Numbered from the stretch's first letter, positions 1 through 8,825 are shown. The stretch is 32,000 nucleotides of DNA from an uncultured Actinomycetes bacterium (GCA_963843975.1 CAWJMG010000003.1:1860001-1892000); one strand, 5' to 3'. Notes: generated from the sequence alone by a model not told the origin. A program made the numbers and translations.

Positions 1-1
1 T

Positions 2-475
2 CGTTTCGTCAGCCGGGACCATGACGCACACGTCCTGGCCATCGAGGGAGCCGGTCGGGACTCCCGAGGCACGGGGACGGCGGCCGGCACGGCGACGGTG
101 ACTCTGTTGACCGATTCGCCCACGACCACCCGCGTCGACGTCCTCACCGAACTGACCGTGACCGGCAAGGCGGCGCAGTTCGGACGCGGCGTGATGCAGG
201 ACGTGGCAGCCAGGATCGTCGACCAGTTCGCCGCGAACCTCGCGGTTGCGCTGGCTGACCGGACGACCCAACCGGACCAGGCGCTCGTGGGGAATCCATC
301 GGTGAGCAGTGGTCAATCGAGCAATCCTCAGCCGATCGCCGCGCCGACCCGACCGGAACGTGTCGACAGCATCGACCTTCTTGGAACTGCCGGTGCACCA
401 GTCCTGAAGCGCGTTCTGCCGCTCGTCGCCGCCGCCATCGTGGCGGGGGTCGTGATCTGGTGGATCCGCCGGTGA
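2..475 (+). CDS. SRPBCC/CoxG-family protein, C-terminal part (5' end lies left of the window)
   Basis: This frame is open from the window edge. The translation ...TATVTLLTDSPTTTRVDVLTELTVTGKAAQFGRGVMQDVAARIVDQFAANL fits the remembered CoxG C-terminal pattern (..V.GKlAQ.G.r.i..va..l..qF..nl). It ends in a hydrophobic tail, VLPLVAAAIVAGVVIWWIRR. Confidence 0.6.
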   Translation, partial: RFVSRDHDAHVLAIEGAGRDSRGTGTAAGTATVTLLTDSPTTTRVDVLTELTVTGKAAQFGRGVMQDVAARIVDQFAANLAVALADRTTQPDQALVGNPSVSSGQSSNPQPIAAPTRPERVDSIDLLGTAGAPVLKRVLPLVAAAIVAGVVIWWIRR

Positions 476-1080
476 AGGCGGCAGAGCCGCCACTTCGCAT
501 CGGCATCGTGATCGGCAGCACGCGGCCCGAGCGGGTCGGGGACTCAGTGGGCCGATGGATCCACACCCTCGCCAACGAGCGTGGCGGGGCGGACTTCGAG
601 CTCCTCGATCTCCGAGATTTCGGTCTCCCCCTCCTCGATGAGCCCGGGCACCCCTCTGCGGGAGAGTACGTGCACGACCACACCCGCCGATGGTCCGAGG
701 CGATCGCTGCGTGCGACGGCTTCATCTTCGTCACCCCCGAGTACAACCACTCCACGTCCGCCGCCCTGAAGAACGCACTCGACTTCCTGTACAACGAATG
801 GGGTATGAAGCCGTGCAGCTTCGTTGGCTACGGGGGAAGCCTCGGAGCCCGCGCGATCGCTTCCCTCCGGATGATCATGGGTGAGCTGTCCATGGCAGAC
901 CTGCGCGGCCATGTAGGTCTGTCCACCAGGTCGGACTTCGTCGATGGGCAGTTCCGGCCGAGTGATGTCCGTGAGTCGATGGCGACGTCGATGCTCGACG
1001 AGCTCGTGCTCTGGGCCCGCGGGCTTCGGTCCATGCGGAGCGAGTTGAGACTCCAGCGAGAGGGGGCGAGCGAGGCATGA
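460..1080 (+). CDS. NADPH-dependent FMN reductase (flavodoxin-like fold)
   Basis: LRIGIVIGSTRPERVG near the N-terminus and CDGFIFVTPEYNHSTSAALKNALDFL are typical of this family. The start is uncertain (GTG 460 or GTG 472). The stop overlaps the etfB ATG (ATGA at 1077-1080). Confidence 0.8.
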   Translation: MDPPVKAAEPPLRIGIVIGSTRPERVGDSVGRWIHTLANERGGADFELLDLRDFGLPLLDEPGHPSAGEYVHDHTRRWSEAIAACDGFIFVTPEYNHSTSAALKNALDFLYNEWGMKPCSFVGYGGSLGARAIASLRMIMGELSMADLRGHVGLSTRSDFVDGQFRPSDVRESMATSMLDELVLWARGLRSMRSELRLQREGASEA

Positions 1081-1868
1081 GAGTCATCGTCCTGGTCAAG
1101 CATGTGCCCGACGCCTCGGGTGACCGTGGGGTCACGGCCGATGGCACCACCAACCGCGACGCAGTCGACGGTCGGCTGTCCGAGCTGGACGAGTACGCCG
1201 TCGAGCAGGCACTTCAGGTCATCGAGAAGGTCGACGGGGGTGAGATCGTATACCTGACGATGGGCCCGGCGCCCGCCGGCGAAGCGTTGCGCAAGGCGCT
1301 CTCCATGGGCGGCGACGCGGCCTACCATGTTGTCGACGATGCGTTGCACGGTTCGGACGCGTCGGGGACGTCGCTGGTGCTCGCGAAGGCGCTGGAGCGC
1401 ATCGGTGCCGAGAGTGCCTACGACCTCGTCCTGACCGGGATGGCGTCGACTGACGGCGCGATGGGCGTCCTCCCAGCAATGCTCTCCGAGCGTCTCGGTC
1501 TGCCGGGTCTCACGTTCGCCGCAAGTCTGCACGTCGCCGACGGCGCCGTCACGATCCGTCGAGACGACGACGATGCGTCCACCACCATCACGGCAGCCCT
1601 ACCTGCCCTCGTGTCGGTCACCGACCAGACGGGCGAGGCTCGCTATCCGTCGTTCAAGGGGATCATGGCGGCCAAGAAGAAGCCTGTGATCACATGGACG
1701 CTGGCCGACCTCGGCGTTGGGGCGGAGAGCGTGGGTCTGTCGGGCGCCCTAACCATCGTTGAGGGCGCGTCGCCACGACCACCGCGGGAGGCCGGCACCG
1801 TCGTCAACGACGAAGGCGACGGCGGCGTGAAGCTCGCCGAGTTCCTCGCCGGCCGCAAGTTCATCTAG
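1077..1868 (+). CDS. etfB: electron transfer flavoprotein beta subunit
   Basis: 263 aa. MRVIVLVKHVPD...LSELDEYAVEQAL... is a typical ETF-beta N-terminus. An ETF-alpha gene follows downstream. Confidence 0.9.
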   Translation: MRVIVLVKHVPDASGDRGVTADGTTNRDAVDGRLSELDEYAVEQALQVIEKVDGGEIVYLTMGPAPAGEALRKALSMGGDAAYHVVDDALHGSDASGTSLVLAKALERIGAESAYDLVLTGMASTDGAMGVLPAMLSERLGLPGLTFAASLHVADGAVTIRRDDDDASTTITAALPALVSVTDQTGEARYPSFKGIMAAKKKPVITWTLADLGVGAESVGLSGALTIVEGASPRPPREAGTVVNDEGDGGVKLAEFLAGRKFI

Positions 1869-1881
1869 CCGAGGCCACGCA

Positions 1882-2274
1882 TTGACTCACAACTGTGCCG
1901 TCTCACCGGGGGTCTTCGAACTCGCACCGACCGCCTCGCGGTGGTCAGTTGCGCAGGGCGGCTCGCTAAGGGCAGACCGTTCCGGCGCGTTGGCGTTCAC
2001 GGTGTCGGGCGCGGACGAGTCAACACTCGTCGTCACGACGTTGACGGGCAGAGGTCAACTGCTCGGCGTGCTCGACGCACTCGCCGACGGGCCCTCGGTC
2101 GCCAGCGCTCTCCGGAAGTCATCCATCCCCCGCTGCGATTGGAACTTCGCGGTGAGGCTGCTCAGACGCTTGGCGTCGGCGGGCTACCTGATCCCGGCAG
2201 CCGGTCCGACGACCGAGACCTGTGGCTGCACGACACTGGACACTACGAAGGATGAGGCGAGATCAGATGTCTGA
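1882..2274 (+). CDS. hypothetical 130-aa protein, possibly a PqqD/RRE-like winged-helix domain, inserted between etfB and etfA
   Basis: It is the only long ORF on either strand in the 398-bp etfB-etfA gap. Its TGA (2272-2274) overlaps the etfA ATG (2267) by 8 nt. The segment LTGRGQLLGVLDALADGPSVASALRKSSIPRCDWNFAVRLLRRLASAGYLIP resembles the PqqD/RRE pattern. Third-position GC is lower than in the flanking genes. The start (TTG 1882) is uncertain and there is no internal ATG. Confidence 0.4.
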   Translation: MTHNCAVSPGVFELAPTASRWSVAQGGSLRADRSGALAFTVSGADESTLVVTTLTGRGQLLGVLDALADGPSVASALRKSSIPRCDWNFAVRLLRRLASAGYLIPAAGPTTETCGCTTLDTTKDEARSDV

Positions 2275-3220
2275 AGTTCTGGTTCTGATCGATCACACCA
2301 ACGGTGCGGTCAAGAAGTCGGCCACTGAGCTCCTCACTATTGCTCGACGGCTCGGCGAACCGTCCGCCGTCTATCTCGGCGCGGGGGTCGACCAGGCCAT
2401 CACTACGCTGGGTCGGTTCGGCGCCGCGACCGTCTACGTAGTGGATGCACCCGACATCGACTCGTCACTGGTTGCCGCCAAGGCCGAGGCGCTCGCCGCG
2501 ATCGTGGCCCGGCGGCCGCCTGCGGCCGTGTTGGTTACTTCCTCGCTGGAGGGCAAGGAGATCGCGGCGCGCCTGGCGGTAAAGACCGGAAGCGGCATCA
2601 TCACCGACGCGGTGGACGTCGCTGCCGACGGTTCGGTATCGCAGGCCGCGTTCGCCGGGTCGTGGTCGGTGCGAGCCAGGGTGACCACGGGCACGCCGAT
2701 CATCGCGGTGAAGCCGAACGCAGCCGTACCTGCTGCCGACGAGACGACCCCGGTCATCGAACATGTGCGCGTCGACTTCAGCGAGGCCTCAACTGCCGCG
2801 AGGATCGTGCGCGTCGAGCCGCGTGCCAAGTCCGAGCGTCCGGAGCTCACGGAAGCTGAGATCGTCGTATCCGGTGGGCGTGGCGTGGGCGGGCCCGAGG
2901 GATTCGCCACGATCGAGGCACTCGCGGATGCTCTAGGCGCAGCCGTGGGGGCGTCGCGCGCCGCGACGGACGCTGGTTGGTACCCGCACTCGTTCCAGGT
3001 CGGCCAGACCGGCAAGACCGTTTCGCCCCAGCTGTATGTCGCCAACGGCATCTCCGGCGCCATCCAACACCGGGCCGGTATGCAGACATCCAAGACCATC
3101 GTCGCGGTCAACCTAGATGCCGAGGCCCCCATCTTCGAGCTCGCCGACTACGGAGTCGTCGGAGATCTCTTCACGGTTCTTCCGCAGCTCACCGACGAGA
3201 TAGTCCGGCACCAGCACTGA
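2267..3220 (+). CDS. etfA: electron transfer flavoprotein alpha subunit
   Basis: [17 protein letters not shown]... is preceded by a GAAGGA RBS. The C-terminal FAD-binding region reads [34 protein letters not shown]. The track start at 2222 is an upstream extension. Confidence 0.9.
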   Translation: MSEVLVLIDHTNGAVKKSATELLTIARRLGEPSAVYLGAGVDQAITTLGRFGAATVYVVDAPDIDSSLVAAKAEALAAIVARRPPAAVLVTSSLEGKEIAARLAVKTGSGIITDAVDVAADGSVSQAAFAGSWSVRARVTTGTPIIAVKPNAAVPAADETTPVIEHVRVDFSEASTAARIVRVEPRAKSERPELTEAEIVVSGGRGVGGPEGFATIEALADALGAAVGASRAATDAGWYPHSFQVGQTGKTVSPQLYVANGISGAIQHRAGMQTSKTIVAVNLDAEAPIFELADYGVVGDLFTVLPQLTDEIVRHQH

Positions 3221-3472
3221 CCAATTTCCACGGACCGCAGAGCAATCGTGGGACTACTGCGGCGGAGTCGTGGCGCGATGCTTTGATCACTCCTGTGGCG
3301 GATTGAATAGTCGCCGTCATCGCGCTCGACCCGCAGCGTGCCTCAAACCTCGAGACGCACGGCATCGCCCATTCCCAGCTGGCGGAATGGCTCGACGTCC
3401 CTCATCGATGCCAAAGTGATCAATCCGCGCTCCGTGCAGCCCCTGACCCGCGCCCGACGCCTCAATACAGGA

Positions 3473-3997
3473 TCAGGTCATCGAATCCACCAGCATGTCG
3501 CAGGCCAGGGCCTGCCGCCCCACGGCGCCATCTCTGCCAGAGGAGCCGGGATCGGAGCCCGCCACCGCTGTCCGCCCAGCCATCTCGGCGCGAGGCGCGG
3601 AAGGGCCCGCCACATCTCCATCCGTGGCATTCCGTTGACGGTTGACGTTCACCATCCGCACGGTGGCGTTGACGAGCGTTGACTCGTGCTGGCCCACGAC
3701 TGAACCTCCTGCGGTCTCAGCCGACTGACGACCTCGCTCGAGCCCGCGCGCGGGTTCACGTCGTGACACCGGCGCGGCACTTGTTCCCTTGGCGCGCGGG
3801 GCCTCGATCGCCTGTCGATTCGTCCGAGGCGATGAGCGACACGCGCGAACGTCGAACCAACTTGTGCGAGACCCGTCGACCAGGCTCATCGTCCACGACG
3901 GTCCGCCGGTATCCATTGCGAGCCACCCCGTCGCGACCTGTTCGTCATGCGCGATTCGCGACATACCCCTGCCAAGAATCGAAGCAGACATGTGCAT
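3473..3997 (-). CDS. hypothetical protein (weak call) in accessory island
   Basis: Open frame running divergently from the relaxase, with ATG at 3997 or 3991. I recognise no family. Third-position GC is only moderately elevated, and GTTGAC repeats lie inside it. It may be non-coding. Confidence 0.2.
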   Translation of the reverse strand: MHMSASILGRGMSRIAHDEQVATGWLAMDTGGPSWTMSLVDGSRTSWFDVRACRSSPRTNRQAIEAPRAKGTSAAPVSRREPARGLERGRQSAETAGGSVVGQHESTLVNATVRMVNVNRQRNATDGDVAGPSAPRAEMAGRTAVAGSDPGSSGRDGAVGRQALACDMLVDSMT

Positions 3998-4063
3998 CAG
4001 CGCCGGGTAGTGTCTGGCCCTGATTCCATTGTGGCACAACGGGTTTCCGGGTTGTGATGTTTC

Positions 4064-7000
4064 GTGTTGTCCAGTGCGAAGATCGGCCGATCGTCGTGGC
4101 GGTACTACCAGCGCAGCGTCGCGGGTGGCGCGTGCGAGTACTACGCCGAGCACGGTGAAACACCTGGCCGCTGGCATGGGTCTGGCCTCACCCAACTCCG
4201 CCTCACGCCTGGTGCCGAGGTGCAGGAACGTGAGCTGGAAGCGCTGTTCGGTCGCGCGTTGTCCCCCGCGACAGGTGCCGCACTCGGGTCGCCGTGGCGT
4301 TCGGATGCGGTCACGGGGTATGACCTGACGTTCTCCGCACCGAAGTCACTCAGCGCCCTGTGGGCGCTCGGTGACGCCGGGACCGGGGAGGTGGTGGCGG
4401 CCGCGCACGACGCCGCGGTCGGGGCAGCATTGGGCTACTTGGAGGGCCACGCGTCACTGTCGCGCCGTGGCCGTGACGGTGTCGAGCAGGTGGCTTCGGC
4501 TGGGTTCGCGGCCGCGTTGTTCGACCATCGGACTTCGCGGACCGGGGATCCGCAGCTGCACACCCATGCGCTGGTGGTGAACAAGGTCCGCTGCACGGAT
4601 GGGGCCTGGCGCACGTTGGACGGGCACGAGGTCTTCCATCACAAGAAGGCCGCCGGCGTGATCTACCAAGCCGCCCTGCGCGCTGAGCTGACAGCCGCGC
4701 TGCCGTTGGCGTTCGGGCCGGTGTCGGAGAATGGGCAGGCCGAGATCGCCGGCGTCCCCGACGAGCTCCTGACTGCCTGGTCGACCCGGACGACCGCGGT
4801 GCTCGCCGACGCGGTCCCGACCATCGCCGATGCCGAAGCCGCTTTGGGTCGCCCGGTGTCCGCGGCGGAGCGGGCCCGAATCATCAAGACCGCGGTACTG
4901 GCCACCCGCCCCGCGAAGGACACCAGTGTCGACGAGGGTGGCCTGCGTGCCCGGTGGTTCGCCCAGGCCGCGGCGCTGGGGTGGGACACCGACCGCCTCA
5001 TCCACGCTGTGAACGCCGCCGCGGGCAGTTCGCCCGCGGCCGTCGGGCCAGGGTGGCAGGAGACCGTGGCCAGGGATGCCGTGACTGCTGTGGGCCGGTC
5101 GAAGGCGATCTGGTCGCGGGCCGACCTCACCGTCGCGATCGCCGCGCGTATCCCTGCCTCCGGGCCAGGAGTTCCGGGGACGGCGCGTGACGTGGCCCTG
5201 GTCGCCGAGGCGCTGGCCACCGCGACCCTGGAGAAGCCGGCAGTGACCGGTGCCGTGGCGCTGGGTCGCGACCAGTCGGGGCACACCGCCCGCGCCTCCG
5301 ACGACCGGTACGCATCGGCGGAGCTCGTGGAGACGGAAGCTCGGATCATCGAGAGGGCGGTCAGTGGTGGGTTCCGCCCGCTCGAGCGCCTCGACCCCTA
5401 CACCCTCGCCGCGTTCTACACCGGCCCCGGCGCCGCCTGCAGTGTCGAGCAGCGGGCCGCCGCGGTGCACCTGGTCGCATCCCGGGACCTGATCACGGTG
5501 CTGGCCGCCCCCGCCGGTGCCGGCAAGACCACCACGCTCGCTACCGCCGTCGCCCGCTGGGTGGACCGCGGCGCCGTGGTCACCGCGCTCGCGCCCTCGG
5601 CCCGTGCGGCGGCGGAGCTGGAGGCGGCGACCGGGGCCAGGGGCCAGACCGTGGCCCGGTGGCTCGCGGTCCAAGCCGGCCACGATGGGGAACGGTTCCT
5701 CCTCGGTGACCCGGACCAGCTGTCCTACCGGTCGGTGATCGTGGTCGACGAGGCCTCGATGCTGTCCACCGCCGACCTCGACCAGCTCACCGCCCGCGCC
5801 GCCGCCGCGAAAGCCCGGGTGGTGCTGGTCGGGGACCCCGCCCAGATCGGTGCTGTCAACGCCCCCGGCGGCATGTTCGAACACCTCACCGCAGTCCTGG
5901 CCACCCGCCGCATCGACCTCACCGAGCTGCACAGATTCGCGAACCCGTGGGAGGCCGCTGCGACGTTGCGTCTGCGCGACGGCGACCCGGGCGTCCTGGA
6001 CGTCTACGCCGAGCACGGGCGGATCCACCCCGAGACCAGCAGCGAGGATGCAGCGGACGCGGTGTTCGAGCGGTGGCGCCACGAGACTCAACAGGGCGCG
6101 GACGTGCTGATGCTGGCGAGGTCCTGGACCGACGTCACCGCGCTGAACGCCCGGGCCCGGGCGGTCGGGATCGCGACGGGGGCGATCACCGGGCCTGACC
6201 TGGCCGTGATCACCTCCCGCACCCCCAGCACGAGGGGGCAGGCCGAGGATCGGGGGTGGCGGGCCGGGGACGTCCTGATCGCGAAGAAGAACACCACCAC
6301 CATCACCATCGGCGCGGACACACTGCGCAACAGCGACCGCTTCCGCGTCCTCGCCGCCGCAGGAGGCGGTGGCCTGCTGGTCGAAGACCTCCGCGGCCGC
6401 GGCACCACCACGCTGCCCGCCGCTTACCTTGCGAAGCATGCGGAGTACGGGTGGGCCGCGACCATCGACGGCGCCCAAGGCGCCACCGCCGACATCGGGA
6501 TCGTCCTGGCCCGCTCGGGCTTGGATCGGGAGCACCTCTACGTCGCGATGACCCGCGGACGCTACGAGAACCACGTCCACACCACCCCCGACGCACCCGA
6601 GGGCGACGCCGGACCGCACCGGCACACCCCGACACCGGCCACCACCGACCGGGTTGTCACAGGGCTGGCGCCAGCCCGACGACAACCCCCAACCCAGCTG
6701 GCACTGCCCGACATCGACGCCGCGATCACCCAACTCGCCCGCGCCGTGACCAGCAGCGGCCGCGAACGCGCCGCCCACGCCCTGCTCGACGCGCCCGTGC
6801 ACGCCGCCCGCGAGAACGCGTGGGCGCGGCAGGAAGCAGCACGCCCACCGGAGGAGATCCCACGCGAGCACCTGAACCACCAGGGCGACCTCGACCGCGC
6901 CCGCGCCGACTACGACCACGCCCAGCAACGCCTGAACCAGGCCGCGGCCAAGATGCGAGAACTCGAAGCCGAACTCGCCCACACCGGGATCTTCGGACGC

Positions 7001-7363
7001 AAACGCCGCGCCGAGCTCACCACCGCGATCACCCGCAGCCAAGACTTCGTCACCGGCACCCTCAGCCGGCTCGAGGCGGCCGAGAAGGTCGTGACCCGCC
7101 TCGCCGCGGTCGTCGACACCGACACCACCACCCGCGCCACCCAGGAAGACCGCGACCGCCAGGACCGCTACAACGCCTGGGTGGCCCGGCCCGACACCGA
7201 GCTGCACGACCCCAACCCGCACACCGGGGACCACGACCCGCGACCCGTTGTCGAAGCCGAAGCCGCACGCATCGCCGCCCGCGCCGCGGCCCGGCCACGA
7301 ACCCCGACCACGCCGATGAAAGGGTCACGTCCCACCGCGTGGTGTAACTCGAGGCCGTCGTGA
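4064..7363 (+). CDS. MobF-family (TrwC/TraI-type) conjugative relaxase fused to a P-loop helicase; native 3' end displaced by an IS insertion
   Basis: The N-terminal relaxase domain has paired Tyr residues (SSWRYYQ) and the His triad FDHRTSRTGDPQLHTHALVVN. The helicase part has Walker A LAAPAGAGKTT and Walker B VIVVDEASML. The C-terminal region is coiled-coil and low-complexity. The last 14 codons (from 7322) read into the IS256-family element. Confidence 0.9.
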   Translation: MLSSAKIGRSSWRYYQRSVAGGACEYYAEHGETPGRWHGSGLTQLRLTPGAEVQERELEALFGRALSPATGAALGSPWRSDAVTGYDLTFSAPKSLSALWALGDAGTGEVVAAAHDAAVGAALGYLEGHASLSRRGRDGVEQVASAGFAAALFDHRTSRTGDPQLHTHALVVNKVRCTDGAWRTLDGHEVFHHKKAAGVIYQAALRAELTAALPLAFGPVSENGQAEIAGVPDELLTAWSTRTTAVLADAVPTIADAEAALGRPVSAAERARIIKTAVLATRPAKDTSVDEGGLRARWFAQAAALGWDTDRLIHAVNAAAGSSPAAVGPGWQETVARDAVTAVGRSKAIWSRADLTVAIAARIPASGPGVPGTARDVALVAEALATATLEKPAVTGAVALGRDQSGHTARASDDRYASAELVETEARIIERAVSGGFRPLERLDPYTLAAFYTGPGAACSVEQRAAAVHLVASRDLITVLAAPAGAGKTTTLATAVARWVDRGAVVTALAPSARAAAELEAATGARGQTVARWLAVQAGHDGERFLLGDPDQLSYRSVIVVDEASMLSTADLDQLTARAAAAKARVVLVGDPAQIGAVNAPGGMFEHLTAVLATRRIDLTELHRFANPWEAAATLRLRDGDPGVLDVYAEHGRIHPETSSEDAADAVFERWRHETQQGADVLMLARSWTDVTALNARARAVGIATGAITGPDLAVITSRTPSTRGQAEDRGWRAGDVLIAKKNTTTITIGADTLRNSDRFRVLAAAGGGGLLVEDLRGRGTTTLPAAYLAKHAEYGWAATIDGAQGATADIGIVLARSGLDREHLYVAMTRGRYENHVHTTPDAPEGDAGPHRHTPTPATTDRVVTGLAPARRQPPTQLALPDIDAAITQLARAVTSSGRERAAHALLDAPVHAARENAWARQEAARPPEEIPREHLNHQGDLDRARADYDHAQQRLNQAAAKMRELEAELAHTGIFGRKRRAELTTAITRSQDFVTGTLSRLEAAEKVVTRLAAVVDTDTTTRATQEDRDRQDRYNAWVARPDTELHDPNPHTGDHDPRPVVEAEAARIAARAAARPRTPTTPMKGSRPTAWCNSRPS
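7314..7322. repeat. target-site duplication (left copy) of the IS256-family element, CGATGAAAG
   Basis: The identical 9-mer is found at 8761-8769, immediately outside the inverted repeats. Confidence 0.85.
7323..7349. repeat. IS256-family terminal inverted repeat (end nearest the transposase stop)
   Basis: GGTCACGTCCCACCGCGTGGTGTAACT compared with the reverse complement of 8734-8760, GGTCACGTCCCGTCGAGTGGTGTAACT. Confidence 0.8.
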
Positions 7364-7390
7364 TCGGCTTCGCGGTGGTGCTGGTTCAGA

Positions 7391-8647
7391 TCATGAGGCC
7401 ATGAGTTCCGGGACCGCCACCTCCTTGCCGGGGTCGGGCGCCGTGGCACCGATCTGGGCCATGGATCCTTCGGAGAGGTAGCGGCGGTCGGAGACCTGCC
7501 ACTCGTCGTGGGTCTCGATCAGGACGCTGCCGGCCAGGCGCAGCAGTGCGGCCGGGTTCGGGAAGACCCCGACGACGTCGGTGCGGCGCTTGATCTCCTT
7601 GTTCACCCGCTCGAGCGGGTTCGTGGACCAGATCTTCTTCCAGTGCGCGACGGGGAAGTCCGCGAACGCGGTCAGGTCGTCTGCAGCCTCGCGCAGCATC
7701 TCCTCGACCTTGGGGAACTGCCGGCCCAGCATGGCGGCGATGACGTCGAGCTGGTCGCGGACGTGCTCGGCGTCGGGCTGGGCGAAGATCGTGCGGATCG
7801 CCGCGGCGACCATCTCGCCCGAGGCCTTGGGGACAGCGGCCAGGACGTTGCGCAGGAAGTGGACCCGGCACCGCTGCCACGACGAGCCGATCATCACCGC
7901 CGAGATCGCGGCCTTCAGCCCGGTGTGGGCGTCGGAGATGACCAGCGCGGTGCCGTGCAGGCCGCGGGCCTTCAGCGAGCGCAGGAACGCGGTCCAGAAC
8001 GCCCCGTCCTCGGAGTCGCCGACGGCGAACCCGAGGACTTCCCTTCTCCCATCGGCGCTCACGCCGGTCGCGACCACGACGGCCTGGGAGGCGACCCTCG
8101 ACCCCTTGCCGCCCTTCCCGCCACCGATGCGGGCCTTGCAGTAGGTCGCGTCGAGGAAGACGTAGGGGAACGCCTGCTCCGAGAGGTCTCGGTCGGCGAA
8201 CGCGGCGACCTCCGCATCGAGGTCGGCGCAGATCCGCGACACCTCGGACTTGGAGATCCCCGAGTCCGCGCCCAGCGCCTTCACCAGGTCGTCGACCTTG
8301 CGAACGCTGGTGCCGGTGACGTAGGCCTCCATCACGACCGCGAACAGGGCCTGGTCGACCCGGCGACGCCGCTCGAGCAGGCACGGGAAGAACGACCCCG
8401 CCCGAAGCTTCGGGATCGCCAGCTCCAGATCCCCAGCCGTCGTGGACAACGTCCGCGGCCGGTGCCCGTTGCGCTGCACCAGCCGGGCATCGCTGCGCTC
8501 GTGGGGGCCGGCACCGATGCGCTCGGTGGCCTCGGCCTCGATCAACTCCTGATACATCCGCTGCAACGACAGGCGGACCCGCTCCACGCCATCAGCGGCG
8601 TCCAGAGCAGCGAGCAGCTCGAGCAGGGCAGACTGGGACAGGGCCAT
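7391..8647 (-). CDS. IS256-family (mutator-type) transposase
   Basis: MALSQSALLELL...ELIEAEATERIGAGPHERS..RLVQRNGHRPRTLSTTAGDLELAIPKLRAGSFFPCLLERRRR...AYVTGTSVRKVDDLVKALG...SKSEVSRIC...VFLDATYCKAR...VISDAHTGLKAAI..SSWQRCRVHFLRN matches the remembered Transposase_mut pattern. The ATG at 8647 is preferred over the upstream GTG at 8698. Confidence 0.9.
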   Translation of the reverse strand: MALSQSALLELLAALDAADGVERVRLSLQRMYQELIEAEATERIGAGPHERSDARLVQRNGHRPRTLSTTAGDLELAIPKLRAGSFFPCLLERRRRVDQALFAVVMEAYVTGTSVRKVDDLVKALGADSGISKSEVSRICADLDAEVAAFADRDLSEQAFPYVFLDATYCKARIGGGKGGKGSRVASQAVVVATGVSADGRREVLGFAVGDSEDGAFWTAFLRSLKARGLHGTALVISDAHTGLKAAISAVMIGSSWQRCRVHFLRNVLAAVPKASGEMVAAAIRTIFAQPDAEHVRDQLDVIAAMLGRQFPKVEEMLREAADDLTAFADFPVAHWKKIWSTNPLERVNKEIKRRTDVVGVFPNPAALLRLAGSVLIETHDEWQVSDRRYLSEGSMAQIGATAPDPGKEVAVPELMAS

Positions 8648-8733
8648 CGTGTGTAGTTCCCTTCGCGAGTTCCTTGGCGGGTTCTCACGAAGCCTCACAC
8701 GATGGCCCCTCAGCGTTCAGGAGGCAGGCCCGC

Positions 8734-8760
8734 AGTTACACCACTCGACGGGACGTGACC
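8734..8760. repeat. IS256-family terminal inverted repeat (end upstream of the transposase)
   Basis: Partner of 7323-7349. Confidence 0.8.
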
Positions 8761-8769
8761 CGATGAAAG
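8761..8769. repeat. target-site duplication (right copy), CGATGAAAG
   Basis: Identical to 7314-7322. Confidence 0.85.
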
Positions 8770-8825
8770 TCAGCCACGACAGCACCCACCACCGCCGCGG
8801 ACCCGACCACTACCGCAGCATCTGA
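8770..8825 (+). other. displaced original 3' end of the relaxase ORF
   Basis: Deleting 7323-8769 joins ...ACG CCG ATG AAA G|TC AGC CAC GAC... in frame. This gives ...TPMKVSHDSTHHRRGPDHYRSI with a TGA stop at 8823-8825. Confidence 0.7.

Larger units (their letters stand above)
7323..8760 (-). mobile_element. IS256-family insertion sequence (1438 bp)
   Basis: Contains one mutator-type transposase gene. Terminal inverted repeats are GGTCACGTCCCaccgcgTGGTGTAACT (7323-7349) and its partner at 8734-8760 (24 of 27 matched). It is flanked by the 9-bp direct repeat CGATGAAAG. Confidence 0.85.

Noticed and set aside
3294-3320. GGCGGATTGAATAGTCGCC loosely resembles the tRNA T-arm region GGCAGGATTTGAACCTGCGACC; possible distal att site of the island.
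   Set aside because: There are too many mismatches and an indel over about 20 nt. I cannot distinguish it from chance without a proper alignment statistic.
4454-7347. A 926-aa minus-strand ORF (4454-7234) and a 363-aa Arg/Pro/His-rich plus-strand ORF (6256-7347) overlapping the relaxase gene.
   Set aside because: Both are alternative-frame or antisense shadows of the relaxase. Their products are compositionally implausible, while the relaxase frame carries all recognisable motifs.
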